Assembly (NCBI GenBank): GCA_964016885.1
Contig: OZ024747.1
Span: 38,192,001 to 38,256,000 of the forward strand
DNA: 64,000 nucleotides
Source of the DNA: Eledone cirrhosa
Taxonomy: Eukaryota
Direction of reading: 5' to 3'
The notes under the pieces were generated by a model, which made no database searches, was not told the DNA's origin, and saw only the letters and a list, made by a program, of their open reading frames with translations. Below, in pieces: positions 27,649 to 38,099 of this stretch. Each line of letters begins with the position of its first letter. Within the stretch, counting starts at the first letter, position 1. A program made the translations under genes and the position numbers.

Positions 27649-28925
27649 CATCTCCACCTCTTCCTCGACGGTGATCCGGTGTGGTCGACGTTTGCTAGAC
27701 GAGGTTTTCCCCAGCTCGTCTCCTTGACGAAGCTGCAGTCCTGTGTCAAGCGAAGACAGAAAGGGAGCGCTTGGAGATTGGAATGTCTTCAAGCGATCAC
27801 AGCCCTCGACCAATCGGGCGATGCGATCGGTGGAAACTCCACCTTGGCGTTCTATAGAGGATTAGTGGAGGGAAAGAGTGACGACGTCCTTGCGGAAACG
27901 CTGGGCGTCAACGAAAATCAACTAGCCAATCTCTTCGGGAGAACTTTCGGGCCGGGGCCCATGGATAATTTCCAAAAATCCCTAGCCTGGCAGTGCTACC
28001 GGGGAGCTTTGCCAGCGCGGGATAAACTCTACAGGAATGGAATTTCCGTCAGCCGGGCCTGTCCGAGATGCGCACAGGGCGACGAAACAGTCCTAAACGC
28101 ACTCGTCCAGTGTCCAAGCATTGCTGACTTGTGGGTTTATGTCGAACACCTGCTGTCGCGTGTAAGACGGATCCGGCTATCAGCTGAGTCCATCGTGAGG
28201 ATTGCCCCGCCGTCCTTATCTGCCTGGTGGCTATGGCGAAAGAGAGCGTGTGGTGGACGTGTTTGAAAGGGCTGAAGACGAGCACTTACCTCTTCAGGTA
28301 TGCTCTGATTAATGTTTTCAAATTGCATTTGAAAAGGAGAATCAGGCTGGAGAGGGAATTACTCGCTTCCCAGCAATTTGTTGAAAGATGGGTGAGAGAG
28401 GAAATCATGGCCCGAGTGAATGGGGGGGCCTACTCTCAGTATGCGCCTGTAAATTGAAGGTGGTAAACTGGGAGAGGGCACTTGCCCTGGTGGTCAGGGT
28501 CACCATGACTTTTTTAATGGGCTTTCTACCACGATGGCTGTCGGAAGTTTCCACCCTATTGGGGAATTTTCCTTTGTTTCTGTTTTTGTCATCTCCTTTG
28601 TTTTTTTTCTTTACACGCAGAAATACCCATTTGTACAGTCTTGTATTGTTCTGTGTTATCCTTAATGTAATACTTTATGTCAACCCACGTGGTCAGGGTG
28701 GCCGTAGTCTTTTGTGTTGTTTTCACCTCGAGTAACCCTCGGAGGTTTTCCCCTTTTGGGGGAATTTTTGCCGTTTGAATTATTTTTTAATTTATTTTTT
28801 ACTCATTTCTATCTTCTTGTTATAACCTATTTATACGGCCCAAACCCCCTTTGTTTCGCCCTGTACCGTTCTGTGGCGTCTGTAATGTTTGTCTTCATGT
28901 TAGCCCTTGTGACCAATAAAGAAAC

Positions 28926-28926
<1 letters not shown>
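27649..28926 (+). mobile_element. Tx1-1: 5'-truncated L1/Tx1-clade non-LTR retrotransposon (ORF2 C-terminus plus two tandem 3' UTRs)
   Basis: Decayed ORF2 C-terminus with knuckle CPRCAQGDETVLNALVQC, homologous to 48893-49726. Stop at 28450-28452, AATAAA at 28915, (ATT)14 at 28927-28968. Confidence 0.9.
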
Positions 28927-28968
<42 letters not shown>

Positions 28969-29410
28969 TGTCTTCTGTTCGGAAGTCTTTTTGCTCGCTC
29001 CCAGTAAGTCGCTTTATTTACCTGTTATAATTATTTGTTGTTTAATTTTTCTTGTTGTCAAGGGGAAAATATAATATTTGGACTTTTTGGCCCAAATATT
29101 TGAACAATATTTGAACATTTTACTTTTGAAAAAAAAACAAAAAAAACAAGGCTGAGCCACGCCCCCAGCAATATGTTTCCTGTCGTGTGACAACGGCGTG
29201 AAAGTTGAGAGGAGGGTTACACAAATTGATACAACAAACACCACCACAAATAACGTGAACAAAGACAACACTGAGAACACTTATTTAAAAAAAATTACCA
29301 CACCAACTATAACAATAACAGCGACAACCAAAATACAGAACAAAAAAAATGCCAACACTGAAAATATAAGTAATAGCAATGGCAATTATTCAGATTTGTA
29401 ACATACAAAC

Positions 29411-30679
29411 ATGGATTTCCCGCCATTACCAACGTCGACATGTGTTAAAGCCGCTATACCCACCGCCACAATGTCAAAAAGAACAACCAACACCACTGAT
29501 ACCACCACCACCACAGCAACAACCGAAACAAAAAATAAATTATTTTCTCATGATATCGAAATGGATTCTCCGAAAATCGACTCTTCCACGCTATTGACAC
29601 CACCACCACCACAACTGAAACTAAAAATAATAATAACAAAAATAACAATAACAACAACAGCAACAATAAGAATAACAACAACACCAGCGCAAAACCAGTT
29701 GTCGCTTGCTAAAGCGGCAAAAAATGAAACGGTGGTGGTTAGCCAGGAAGAATTGAATGAAGCCAAGCGAATGGTAAAAAATATGGTTACAGGGTCAGCC
29801 TCACCCGCGCCAACTAATACCATGGAGCATCGGCGCCTATGCACCGTGTCATATCGGATGATAAATATTAAAACGCGCCGAGTGGAACGGGCATCCGAGT
29901 CCCAGATACAAAAAGCTTTGGTATATGTGTGGGCTCAAAAAACCCACACCACACGTGGGCAAAATTATGGAACCGTGGACGTGTTCTTTGCAGCCCCACA
30001 GGAATCCAGAGAGCACTCCATGGCCCCTTTAAAAAGTGACAAGTTCACACTCGTCCTCAGCTATTGTGGTCAGAGGCTGGTGAGGATCAGGGTGACCCAG
30101 GTTCCGCTGGCCATTGAAATTCCCTGGCTAATGGCTGCCGTCCTCTCCGACATCGAGGCCGACACTAAAGTAATTGAGGTGATACAAGTAAAGCAGGAGA
30201 ACTGGTCCGAATCTGGGATGGAGCTCCTGATCCAAGCGGACAAAAAGAACATACAGGAAATTCCAGAGGTGATAGACCTCAATGACGGCAGCCACCTCAC
30301 CGTAATCGTTGAGGGTAGAAGGCCTAGGTGTGTCGTTTGTGGCGAAGGAACCCACCTAAAGTCTTTCTCCACTCAGGCTAAAAAGTTGAGGTCACCTTTC
30401 CTACCCACCCCAGTGACTCAACCATCAAAACCAGCAGTAGAAATGGCAGCAACAACTGTAGCAGCAACAACCCCAGCAACACTAACAGCAACAGTAGCAG
30501 CAACAACCCCAGCAACTGTAGCAGCAACAACAGCAACAACTGTAGCAAAACCAACATCACCACTACCCACCGCGCCAGAATTAGCACCAGCGCCTCCACC
30601 ATCCACCAGGCCACAACCAACACCAACAAACAGTGAGAAGGGCGGAAAAACCAGCCTTCCCCGACAAGAAGTGAGGTAA
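29411..30679 (+). pseudogene. Tx1-2 ORF1 (gag-like; Thr/Asn-rich N-terminus, degenerate CCHC CVVCGEGTHLKSFS), internally deleted near the 3' end
   Basis: 422-aa ORF homologous to the ORF1 regions at 44448-46320 and 50287-52261. It lacks ~600 bp present in Tx1-4. The true start may lie upstream. Confidence 0.75.
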
Positions 30680-30714
30680 GTGGATTTTCCCATCTTTTTC
30701 CACTCCTTTTCAAC

Positions 30715-33621
30715 ATGACCTTACTCAGAATAGGTAGCATAAACGCGCATGGTCTGCGGTCGTCATGGCAGCAAGGCCACTTTCTCAACGACCTCAGGTC
30801 ACTAAACATAGATATGGTGGCTATCAGCGAGACCAGAATCTCCGAAGCATGAGTTCGCACCGATCTTCGGCGGATACGATGTATACGCATCTCCCAGCCG
30901 TCCAGGATCGTGGGGTGGGGGGGTGGGGTGGGGGTGGTGTTGCCGTGCTTTTTCGGAGAGGTTTGGATCTCGCCATACGGGCCATCTTCCTGGACCCAGA
31001 AGGTAAGTTGGTGGTGCTGGACGTGACCAGCGGAGACGGGCAAGCTTTCAGGCTAGTAGCCATCTACGGCCCAACAGGGGCAGGACGGCCAGATTTCTTC
31101 AGACGTCCAGAGACCTTTCTTGGAACGTCCCGCTCTTTAGTGTTAGTAGGCGACTGGAACGGGATCTTAGATGCAAGCTGGAATTATGTGAGGCTAGTAG
31201 ACAGGGCAAGAGGGTGTAAAAGCCTCAACAACCTGCTCAGACGTATTGAACTGTCTGACAGTTATAGACTGGATTATCCGAATGTGCCAATGTAGACATG
31301 GGCAAACCGCATCGGGTCATCCAGATCGTATTTAAATATGGTATGCTGTAGGGAAACAGATAAGGCTAGTGTAGGTTGTCCACAATTTAAAGTAGTCGAC
31401 TAAACGGACCACACATTTGTGATCTGTGAAGTTGACTTAGATAAATTCCATAGGCAAGTGCAGGCTACTGGAAGCTGCACGCGTCGTTCCCGGAGTTCAC
31501 AGCTTACAGAGACCGAATTAGCGAATTAGTTAAGCGTGCATTGACGGGTTCGATCAGCAACAACAGGTGGTGGTTTACCCTGTAACGGGCTTTTAGAGTA
31601 GAATCTATAAGGTTTAGCAAAGGAGTAGTGATAGAGGAAAATATTTAGAGTGAGAGTTAGTTAGAAAACTTGAGGCGTTTAGGACAGGCATCGCAACCGA
31701 CACGCTTGCGGCGAGATTGGCAGTCGACCAATTTTTCAACGCTAAGCATGAAGGCTGCGTTGTCAGAGTTAGAGCGCGTGCTCTAAGACACGAGGGGACG
31801 GAAGCCGTTCAATGGTCCCGGGTGGCGGAGGCGCGACGTGGCAACAAGTCCACAATTCGACTTTGCCTGATCAAAACGGGCGCATGTTGGTCGAACCCCT
31901 GCGGATAAGTGCGGCTTTTCAACAGTACTTTGCTCAATTGTTCATGAGCGGAGGGGGCAGGATCGGAGTATGGACTTCGGTGCATACCTCGACAGACTGC
32001 TGCGGCTCTCGACGACCGCAGCGCAGTGCTGCGAAAAGCCGATAAAAGCAGATGAAATACGGGAAGCGATGTCTGACTGCGCGAGGGGTAAATCGCCATG
32101 TTTGGATGGTCTGCTCTACGAGCTTTATGCGTATATGCCAGACTTGTTCGGCGACCTCTTGGAAGATGTCTACTGCAACTGTCAGCAGAACGGGAGCATT
32201 CACAGTTTTGAGAGCCGGGGAGCGGTAGCGCTCCTGAGACCCGAACAAGGGGGATGTTATATACAACTTCAGGCCCATAACTCTGCTAAACGCAGAGTTT
32301 CAGATTTTGGCCAAGGTGTTAGCAAAGAGATTGGCGTTTGTCGTCGGTGATCTGGGAGGAGAGGCGCAAACATGCACCATTTCGGACAGATCCATCCACG
32401 ACAACCTCCATCTCATGCGACACATTATAGAGAGGGTAGTTAAGGAACCTGGCACGGGTCAACTTGGATCAATCTAAAGCTTTGATAGGGTCGACCATCG
32501 GTACCTGACTGCGGTCCTCGAGGCGGCAGCCTTCGGGCCTGTTTTTAGGGCTAGATCGCTGCGATTCACAACAATATCTGCTCGATTCTGAGGGTGAATG
32601 GTCACCTGTCGCAGGCTTTCAGCATCATGCGCTCTGTCCGCCAGGATTGCCCCCTCTCGTCCCTGTTGTATGCACTGCCCCTAGCGCCGTTACTGCACAA
32701 CTTGGAGACGATGAGGGGTGTTCCACGCGAACATGGATGCGGGAGATCCGTGTCAGAATACGCCGACGACGTCACCGTGGTGGTGTCGAGCTCCAAACAC
32801 GTCCAGAAGATTGGCAGCGCTCTCAAGGAAAACGATGCGGTGACAGGAGCAAAGATAAACCAGGAAAAATCGGAGCTGCAGTCCTGGATCAGCAAAAGGA
32901 CGAAGGATAGCGCTTGGAAGCTGCAATGTCTCCAAACGCTCACCGCTCTCTACCAGCTGGGCACTATTATCGGTGGAACATCCACCTCAGCGTTCTATAG
33001 AGGGCTAGTGGAGGGAAAGAGCGACGAAAATCTCGGGGAGACCCTGAGCGTCGAAGACGATCAGCTATTCGCTTTCTTCAAGAGAACATTGAGACCGGGG
33101 ACAATGGACAACTTCCAGTAATCCCTGGACTGGCAGTTTTACCAGGGAGCGTTGCCGGTTCGGGATAAGCTCTACAGGCGCGGAGGTGCTGTCAGCTGAG
33201 CCTGTCCGAAATGCGCGCAGGGCGACGAAACCGACCTGCGCGCACTCCTTCAGTGCCCGAGGATTGCTGACTTGTGCAGCTATGTCGAACAGCTGCTGTC
33301 GCGTGTAGGACGTATCCGGTTATCGACTGAGTCCATTATGCAGATAACCCCACCATCCTCCTTTAAAGATAAGGAAGGACAGGCAGTTTTCATCTGCCTG
33401 GTGGCCATGGCGAAAGAGATTGTGTGGTGGACAAGGTTGAAAGGGTTGAAATCGGACACTTTCCTCTACGGCCAATCCCTGATTAATTTTTCAAGTTTCA
33501 CTTGAAGAGGAAAATCAGGGGGAAGAGTCAAGTGCTGTCTTCTACTAAGTTTGTTGAAAAGTGGATGAAAGTTACGAGTTTGGTCCGAGTGAACGGGCCC
33601 GCTCTGAGTATGCGCCTGTAG
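30715..33621 (+). pseudogene. Tx1-2 ORF2 (AP endonuclease + reverse transcriptase), with many stops/frameshifts and a ~490-bp deletion
   Basis: APE motifs IGSINA, AISET, GDWN; RT motifs KSPCLDGL, VRQDCPLS, YADD. Deletion junction at 32871. Confidence 0.9.
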
Positions 33622-33906
33622 ACTGAGGAGTGGGAAAACAGAGAGGGCGCTTGCCTTGGTGCTCAGGGTGGCAGTGGTCTCTTTTGTGTGGATTTCACCA
33701 CTAGTGACCCTCGGATGTTTCCCCTTTTGGGGGAATTTTTGTTGTTTGAACTTTTTCGGATTTCTAGCCCGATTTTGTTATAACCTGTTTACACAACCAA
33801 AACCCACATTGTACCGCCCTGTACTGTTCTTTGCCGTCTCTAATGTTTTTCTTCGTGTCAGCTCTTGTGGCCAATAAAAAAATCCTTATTATTATTATTA
33901 TTATTA

Positions 33907-34179
33907 CAGTTGCATTTATCTTGCTTTATGTTCATACGAGTTATCACCAAGTCACAACCAGTGACCTCAAGCGACAACAAGGTCCACCATGTTCAAGAAA
34001 GAACATACATACTCACACATGCATCTTTAGTGTTTAGACTTGTGATGTACTTATATTGACAGAATCTTCCTTAGTATATGGGCAGTTCCCATTAGTACTA
34101 TCTTTTGTATTTCTCCTATACGCGGGTTTCCTGGGATTTGCGATAAGTAATCATTAGACCCCTTAGGTATCATTCCCAC
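33907..34179 (-). mobile_element. DongB-1: 5'-truncated 3' end of a second R4/Dong-like family
   Basis: The - strand at 34179-34051 reads VGMIPKGSNDYLSQIPGNPRIGEIQKIVLMGTAHILRKILSI*, homologous to the RLE C-terminus of the 34289 ORF (LGTISKG...LQKACLLGTARTLRYVLNI*). About 145-bp 3' UTR, then (AAT)n. Confidence 0.85.
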
Positions 34180-34214
34180 ATTATTATTACATTATTATTA
34201 TTAATATTATTATT

Positions 34215-37200
34215 CCTTGAATCTCAGTCATTGATGTTGGTTAACTGGAAAGTCCGTTGGATTGAATATCAAGCCACTACCTGCAGCCTCAGATATTCAG
34301 GACGTATCGGAGGGTTCTTGCCGTTCCAAGCAAGCATGCCTTTTGAAGCGTTCCAAAAAGCGTGAAGGGGCCGATTTTCTTTAACCATCCCTGGAAACCT
34401 TTGGAGATAGTCCCCAGTGCGCCTATGACAATCGGGATCACTTTGACTTCATGGCAGTTCCAAATCCTTTTCACCTCCCACTTTAGGTCCTGGTATCGGT
34501 TAATTTTCTCCCTCTCCTTCTCTTGCACTCTCGTGTCGAACGGGCAGGCCACATCCACAATCAGGCACGATCTTTTTTCTTTGTCCACAACCACCAGGTC
34601 AGGTCTATTGTGTTCCAGTTTTTTGTCCGTCTGTATCCTAAAATCCCACAGCACCTTCACCTGACTGTTCTCCATCACCGCCTCTGGCCTATGCTCATAC
34701 CATTTCTCAGAATGTGGTAGATTGTTTACTTTGCACAGGTGCCAGTGGATCACCCTGCCCATCACATCGTGTCTCCAGCCCTTATAGTGGGTCTGGGCTA
34801 GGTGTTTACACTCGGACACAATGTGGGCCACAGTCTCCTCTCTCTCTCCACAGATCCTGCACAGTGGGCTAGCCTCCTCCTTGTAGATATGGTGCTTCAA
34901 CCACTTCGTTTTGAGGGCCTGCTCCTGCGCAGCCATTAGCATTCCTTCTGTAGCCTTTTTGAGGTCTCCTCTTCTCAACCAGTTCCATGTCTGTGGATCT
35001 CTAAATTCAGTTTTCTCAAAGAAGGTACTATGAAGGGATTTTCCCTTAAGGCTGCTCTTCCTCCTTGATGTTATTTCCTCCTTGGATATCCCCTGGCCTA
35101 CTGTCCCCTCCTTCAGTACAGCTCTGAGCATTGGCTCCTTACTATAGGTCACGTATTTGTATAGGTTGTTTTTCTCCATCTGAACACAGTCCTCTATGCT
35201 GATAAGACCTCTTCCACCCTCAGATCTCCTTAGGTAGAGTCTATCGACATCACTCCTCTTGTGGAACATGTTGTAGATAGTCAATAGCTTCCTAGTCTTC
35301 CTATCCATTTCTTTTTGTTCAGCAACATTCCATCTCAGAATTCCCGCACTGTACCTAATAATAGACACAGCTCGGGAATTTACTGCGCTTATGGCATTTC
35401 TGCTGTTCAGATGTGACTTCAATACGCTCCTTACTCTCCGAATGTATTCAGTTCTTAACAATTCCTTCATTTTTTTGTTCTTTATGCCATCAGCCTCCAG
35501 AACGCCCAAATACTTGTATCCTTCCTCAGAGTCAATTTCCTTTATCATCTCACCAGTTGGTATCTGGATCCCGTTACTTCTGCTCAACCTACCCCTCCTC
35601 ATCACAATGACTCCACATTTACCAATACCAAACTGCATACATATATCACTGCTGAAAATACGGACAGTGTCAACAAGCACATCCAACTCCTTCTCACTTT
35701 TCCCGAAGAGCTTAAGATCGTCCATGAAGAGGAGGTGATTGATGGTAAGCTCTCCCCTTCCCAACTTGTATCCTGCTCTCACTTTTCGCAGCATAATGGT
35801 CAAGGGCATCAGGGCAAGGACAAACAACAGAGGGGACAGGCTATCTCCCTGGAAGATACCTCTCTTGATCTTCACGCTTCCCAAGGATACTCCAGTTGAT
35901 GTCAACTCTGTCTCCCAGGACCCCATACTCCTGCCCAGCAACTGTCTGATGTTATCTGCCACCCTGAAGATCTCCAGGCTTTTGGTGATCCAGGAATGAG
36001 GCACCATGTCAAATGCCTTTCTGTAGTCTATCCATCCCATGGCAAGATCAGTGTGTCTCCTCCTGCAATTCCCCATTACCATCTTATCAATAAGCAACTG
36101 GTCCTTTGTACCACGTGACTTCTTTCGGCATCCTTTCTGTTCGTCCGGTAACAAGTTGTTTGTGTGGAGGTGATGGTAGATTTCCTCAGACACAATGCTC
36201 GTCAACAGTTTCCACATTACGGGCAGACATGTGATAGGTCTATAGTTGGTAACATCATTACCCTTGCTTCGGTCTTTCATTATCAGAACTGTGGTACCTT
36301 TTGTCAACCACTCTGGCACCTCACCCGACACCAAGCAGTCATTGAACATGGCCGTCAGCTTCGGGTGGAGGGATGTTAAATGTTTAATCCAATACCCCTG
36401 CACACCATCTGGGCCTGGTGATTTCCAGTTGGTTAGTTTTTTGGCTTGCCCCTTAAGAGTTTCAACTGTGATACTCAAATCAGTCTGTTGTTGTGCCTGC
36501 TCACCGATCTCCCTCTGTACTGTCTCAATCCACCCTGCCTGGGCATTGTGTCTAACATCCTGCTCCCATATTCCTCTCCAGAATGTTTTAGCTTGTTCCG
36601 CCCCAGGGATCAAGTCGTTGCCTCTTTCTTTCCCCTCAAGCTGTCCAAACAGCATCTTCTGGTTGTTGTCGAACATGCGGTTCTGTTTATACTGACTGAC
36701 TCTGTTCTCGTATCGCCTGATTTTGGCACTCTTTGCTACAATGCGTTGCTTCAATTCCTCTATGATAATATTTAGCTTTTTACTCCTAGTTTTGTATTTT
36801 ATTTCCAGTCTATTTTTAGTGCCTATGTTTTTTAGTGTCCCATTCACTAGTGACTCAAGCTTTCCTATGTCATTTCTCATTTCCCCGATTTGCCCACTCA
36901 GTCGCTTCTTCCACCACGGCTCTGCTCTTTCTTGTCTGTTGTTTCCTCTCGCTTTTATACCAAGTAGTTTCCTCACCGTATTTGCTGTTGCTTTGAGGAT
37001 ATTGTTGCACTGGTGAAGACTCCTCGCCTCAAGGTATGGGATGACTTTGTTTACCTTAGCTGTTGTTTCTTTTAACTTTTTCCTGTCTACAAATCTTAGG
37101 TTCATAGGTCTCCCACTATCATTGTTCAACTCATCTACCACTAAATTTAGGATGTCAACCGAATCTTGTCCTAGCCCGTCAGCATTCATCTCCTCAGTGG

Positions 37201-38063
37201 CCGTATCTCTGTTCCAGGTATTATTTATCTCAGTATTCAGATCATTGTCTGCTTCGGGTGGTTCCTCCGTTCTCAGGACCTCCTCACCTTCATTTCCCGC
37301 CGGCTCGCTTGTCTGGCATACTACACCCGCCATCTCCAAGCCATTCTCTCTGCTCAGTTCCTCCAGTTCCAGCTCGCTTATCCACCCATTAGTTCTTATT
37401 ACCCGAGCCTGCCCGGCCAATTTTTGTTCATCTAATTTAAATAAACCAATCTCGTTCCAGATGTTATGCATCCGTCTCCTGTAGCCCCTCTCCTTGGGGT
37501 TACGTTTCAGGTAACATTGCATAACAGTTCTATTCAATTCTTTCGTCCAGTTGGTTCTGGCCCCTTTCCTTCTTCTTCTTCCTCCAACATCAGCAGTATT
37601 TGGTTAACAGTCAGGTTCCTGCTGCTGAGCCAGGGGGCACCTGTTGGGTGAGAGTCTGTCACATGACGTTCTAGTCTCCATTTCACCGTTATTCGAACTG
37701 TTTATGTTCGATATTTAAACACTCTTATCGAGGATTGGCGAACGTATGTTTACATAGCCATCTGTGGATCCGCCATCCCACTTGGCCCTTGTGTGGCATT
37801 ATCACCACGCTGTATACGGACACACATAAACAAACAAACACACGGGCAGAAAGGGCCCCAAAAATGAATAAGCATAAGTTTCATTGTAATGTAGTATTCG
37901 AATGTCTGACTTAGTTTTTGTTTTTTAAGTTTTACTTTTTCCCCCCTCTTCTCTGTCCGTCCGCCTGCTTCTCTCTTCATTCTTATTTTCTTTACGTTTT
38001 CGGGGTTTCTTTTTTTTGTTTTTGTTTTTCTCTGTTTGATTTTCTCGTTTTTTTTTTTTTTTA
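34215..38063 (-). mobile_element. DongA-1: full-length R4/Dong-clade site-specific non-LTR retrotransposon
   Basis: Single RT-RLE ORF and a ~75-bp 3' UTR. Flanked by (ATT)n at 34180-34214 and 38064-38099, i.e. (TAA)n in element sense, the known Dong target type. Confidence 0.93.
34289..37537 (-). CDS. RT + CCHC + restriction-like endonuclease polyprotein (R4/Dong)
   Basis: 1082 aa uninterrupted: SPGPDG, YRPITCL, IDYRKAFDMVPH, QGDSLSP, LFMDD, CRICGEREETVAHIVSEC, RHD, RPDLVVVD...DVACPFD...EKINRYQDL. The likely original ATG at 37681 is cut off by an in-frame TAA at 37604-37606. Confidence 0.93.
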   Translation of the reverse strand: MNRTVMQCYLKRNPKERGYRRRMHNIWNEIGLFKLDEQKLAGQARVIRTNGWISELELEELSRENGLEMAGVVCQTSEPAGNEGEEVLRTEEPPEADNDLNTEINNTWNRDTATEEMNADGLGQDSVDILNLVVDELNNDSGRPMNLRFVDRKKLKETTAKVNKVIPYLEARSLHQCNNILKATANTVRKLLGIKARGNNRQERAEPWWKKRLSGQIGEMRNDIGKLESLVNGTLKNIGTKNRLEIKYKTRSKKLNIIIEELKQRIVAKSAKIRRYENRVSQYKQNRMFDNNQKMLFGQLEGKERGNDLIPGAEQAKTFWRGIWEQDVRHNAQAGWIETVQREIGEQAQQQTDLSITVETLKGQAKKLTNWKSPGPDGVQGYWIKHLTSLHPKLTAMFNDCLVSGEVPEWLTKGTTVLIMKDRSKGNDVTNYRPITCLPVMWKLLTSIVSEEIYHHLHTNNLLPDEQKGCRKKSRGTKDQLLIDKMVMGNCRRRHTDLAMGWIDYRKAFDMVPHSWITKSLEIFRVADNIRQLLGRSMGSWETELTSTGVSLGSVKIKRGIFQGDSLSPLLFVLALMPLTIMLRKVRAGYKLGRGELTINHLLFMDDLKLFGKSEKELDVLVDTVRIFSSDICMQFGIGKCGVIVMRRGRLSRSNGIQIPTGEMIKEIDSEEGYKYLGVLEADGIKNKKMKELLRTEYIRRVRSVLKSHLNSRNAISAVNSRAVSIIRYSAGILRWNVAEQKEMDRKTRKLLTIYNMFHKRSDVDRLYLRRSEGGRGLISIEDCVQMEKNNLYKYVTYSKEPMLRAVLKEGTVGQGISKEEITSRRKSSLKGKSLHSTFFEKTEFRDPQTWNWLRRGDLKKATEGMLMAAQEQALKTKWLKHHIYKEEASPLCRICGEREETVAHIVSECKHLAQTHYKGWRHDVMGRVIHWHLCKVNNLPHSEKWYEHRPEAVMENSQVKVLWDFRIQTDKKLEHNRPDLVVVDKEKRSCLIVDVACPFDTRVQEKEREKINRYQDLKWEVKRIWNCHEVKVIPIVIGALGTISKGFQGWLKKIGPFTLFGTLQKACLLGTARTLRYVLNI

Positions 38064-38099
<36 letters not shown>

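Larger units (their letters stand above)
28969..33885 (+). mobile_element. Tx1-2: full-length decayed L1/Tx1-clade element
   Basis: Starts right after (ATT)n. 5' UTR, ORF1, ORF2 (APE, RT, knuckle), 3' UTR, AATAAA at 33873, (TTA)n at 33886-33906. Confidence 0.92.
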
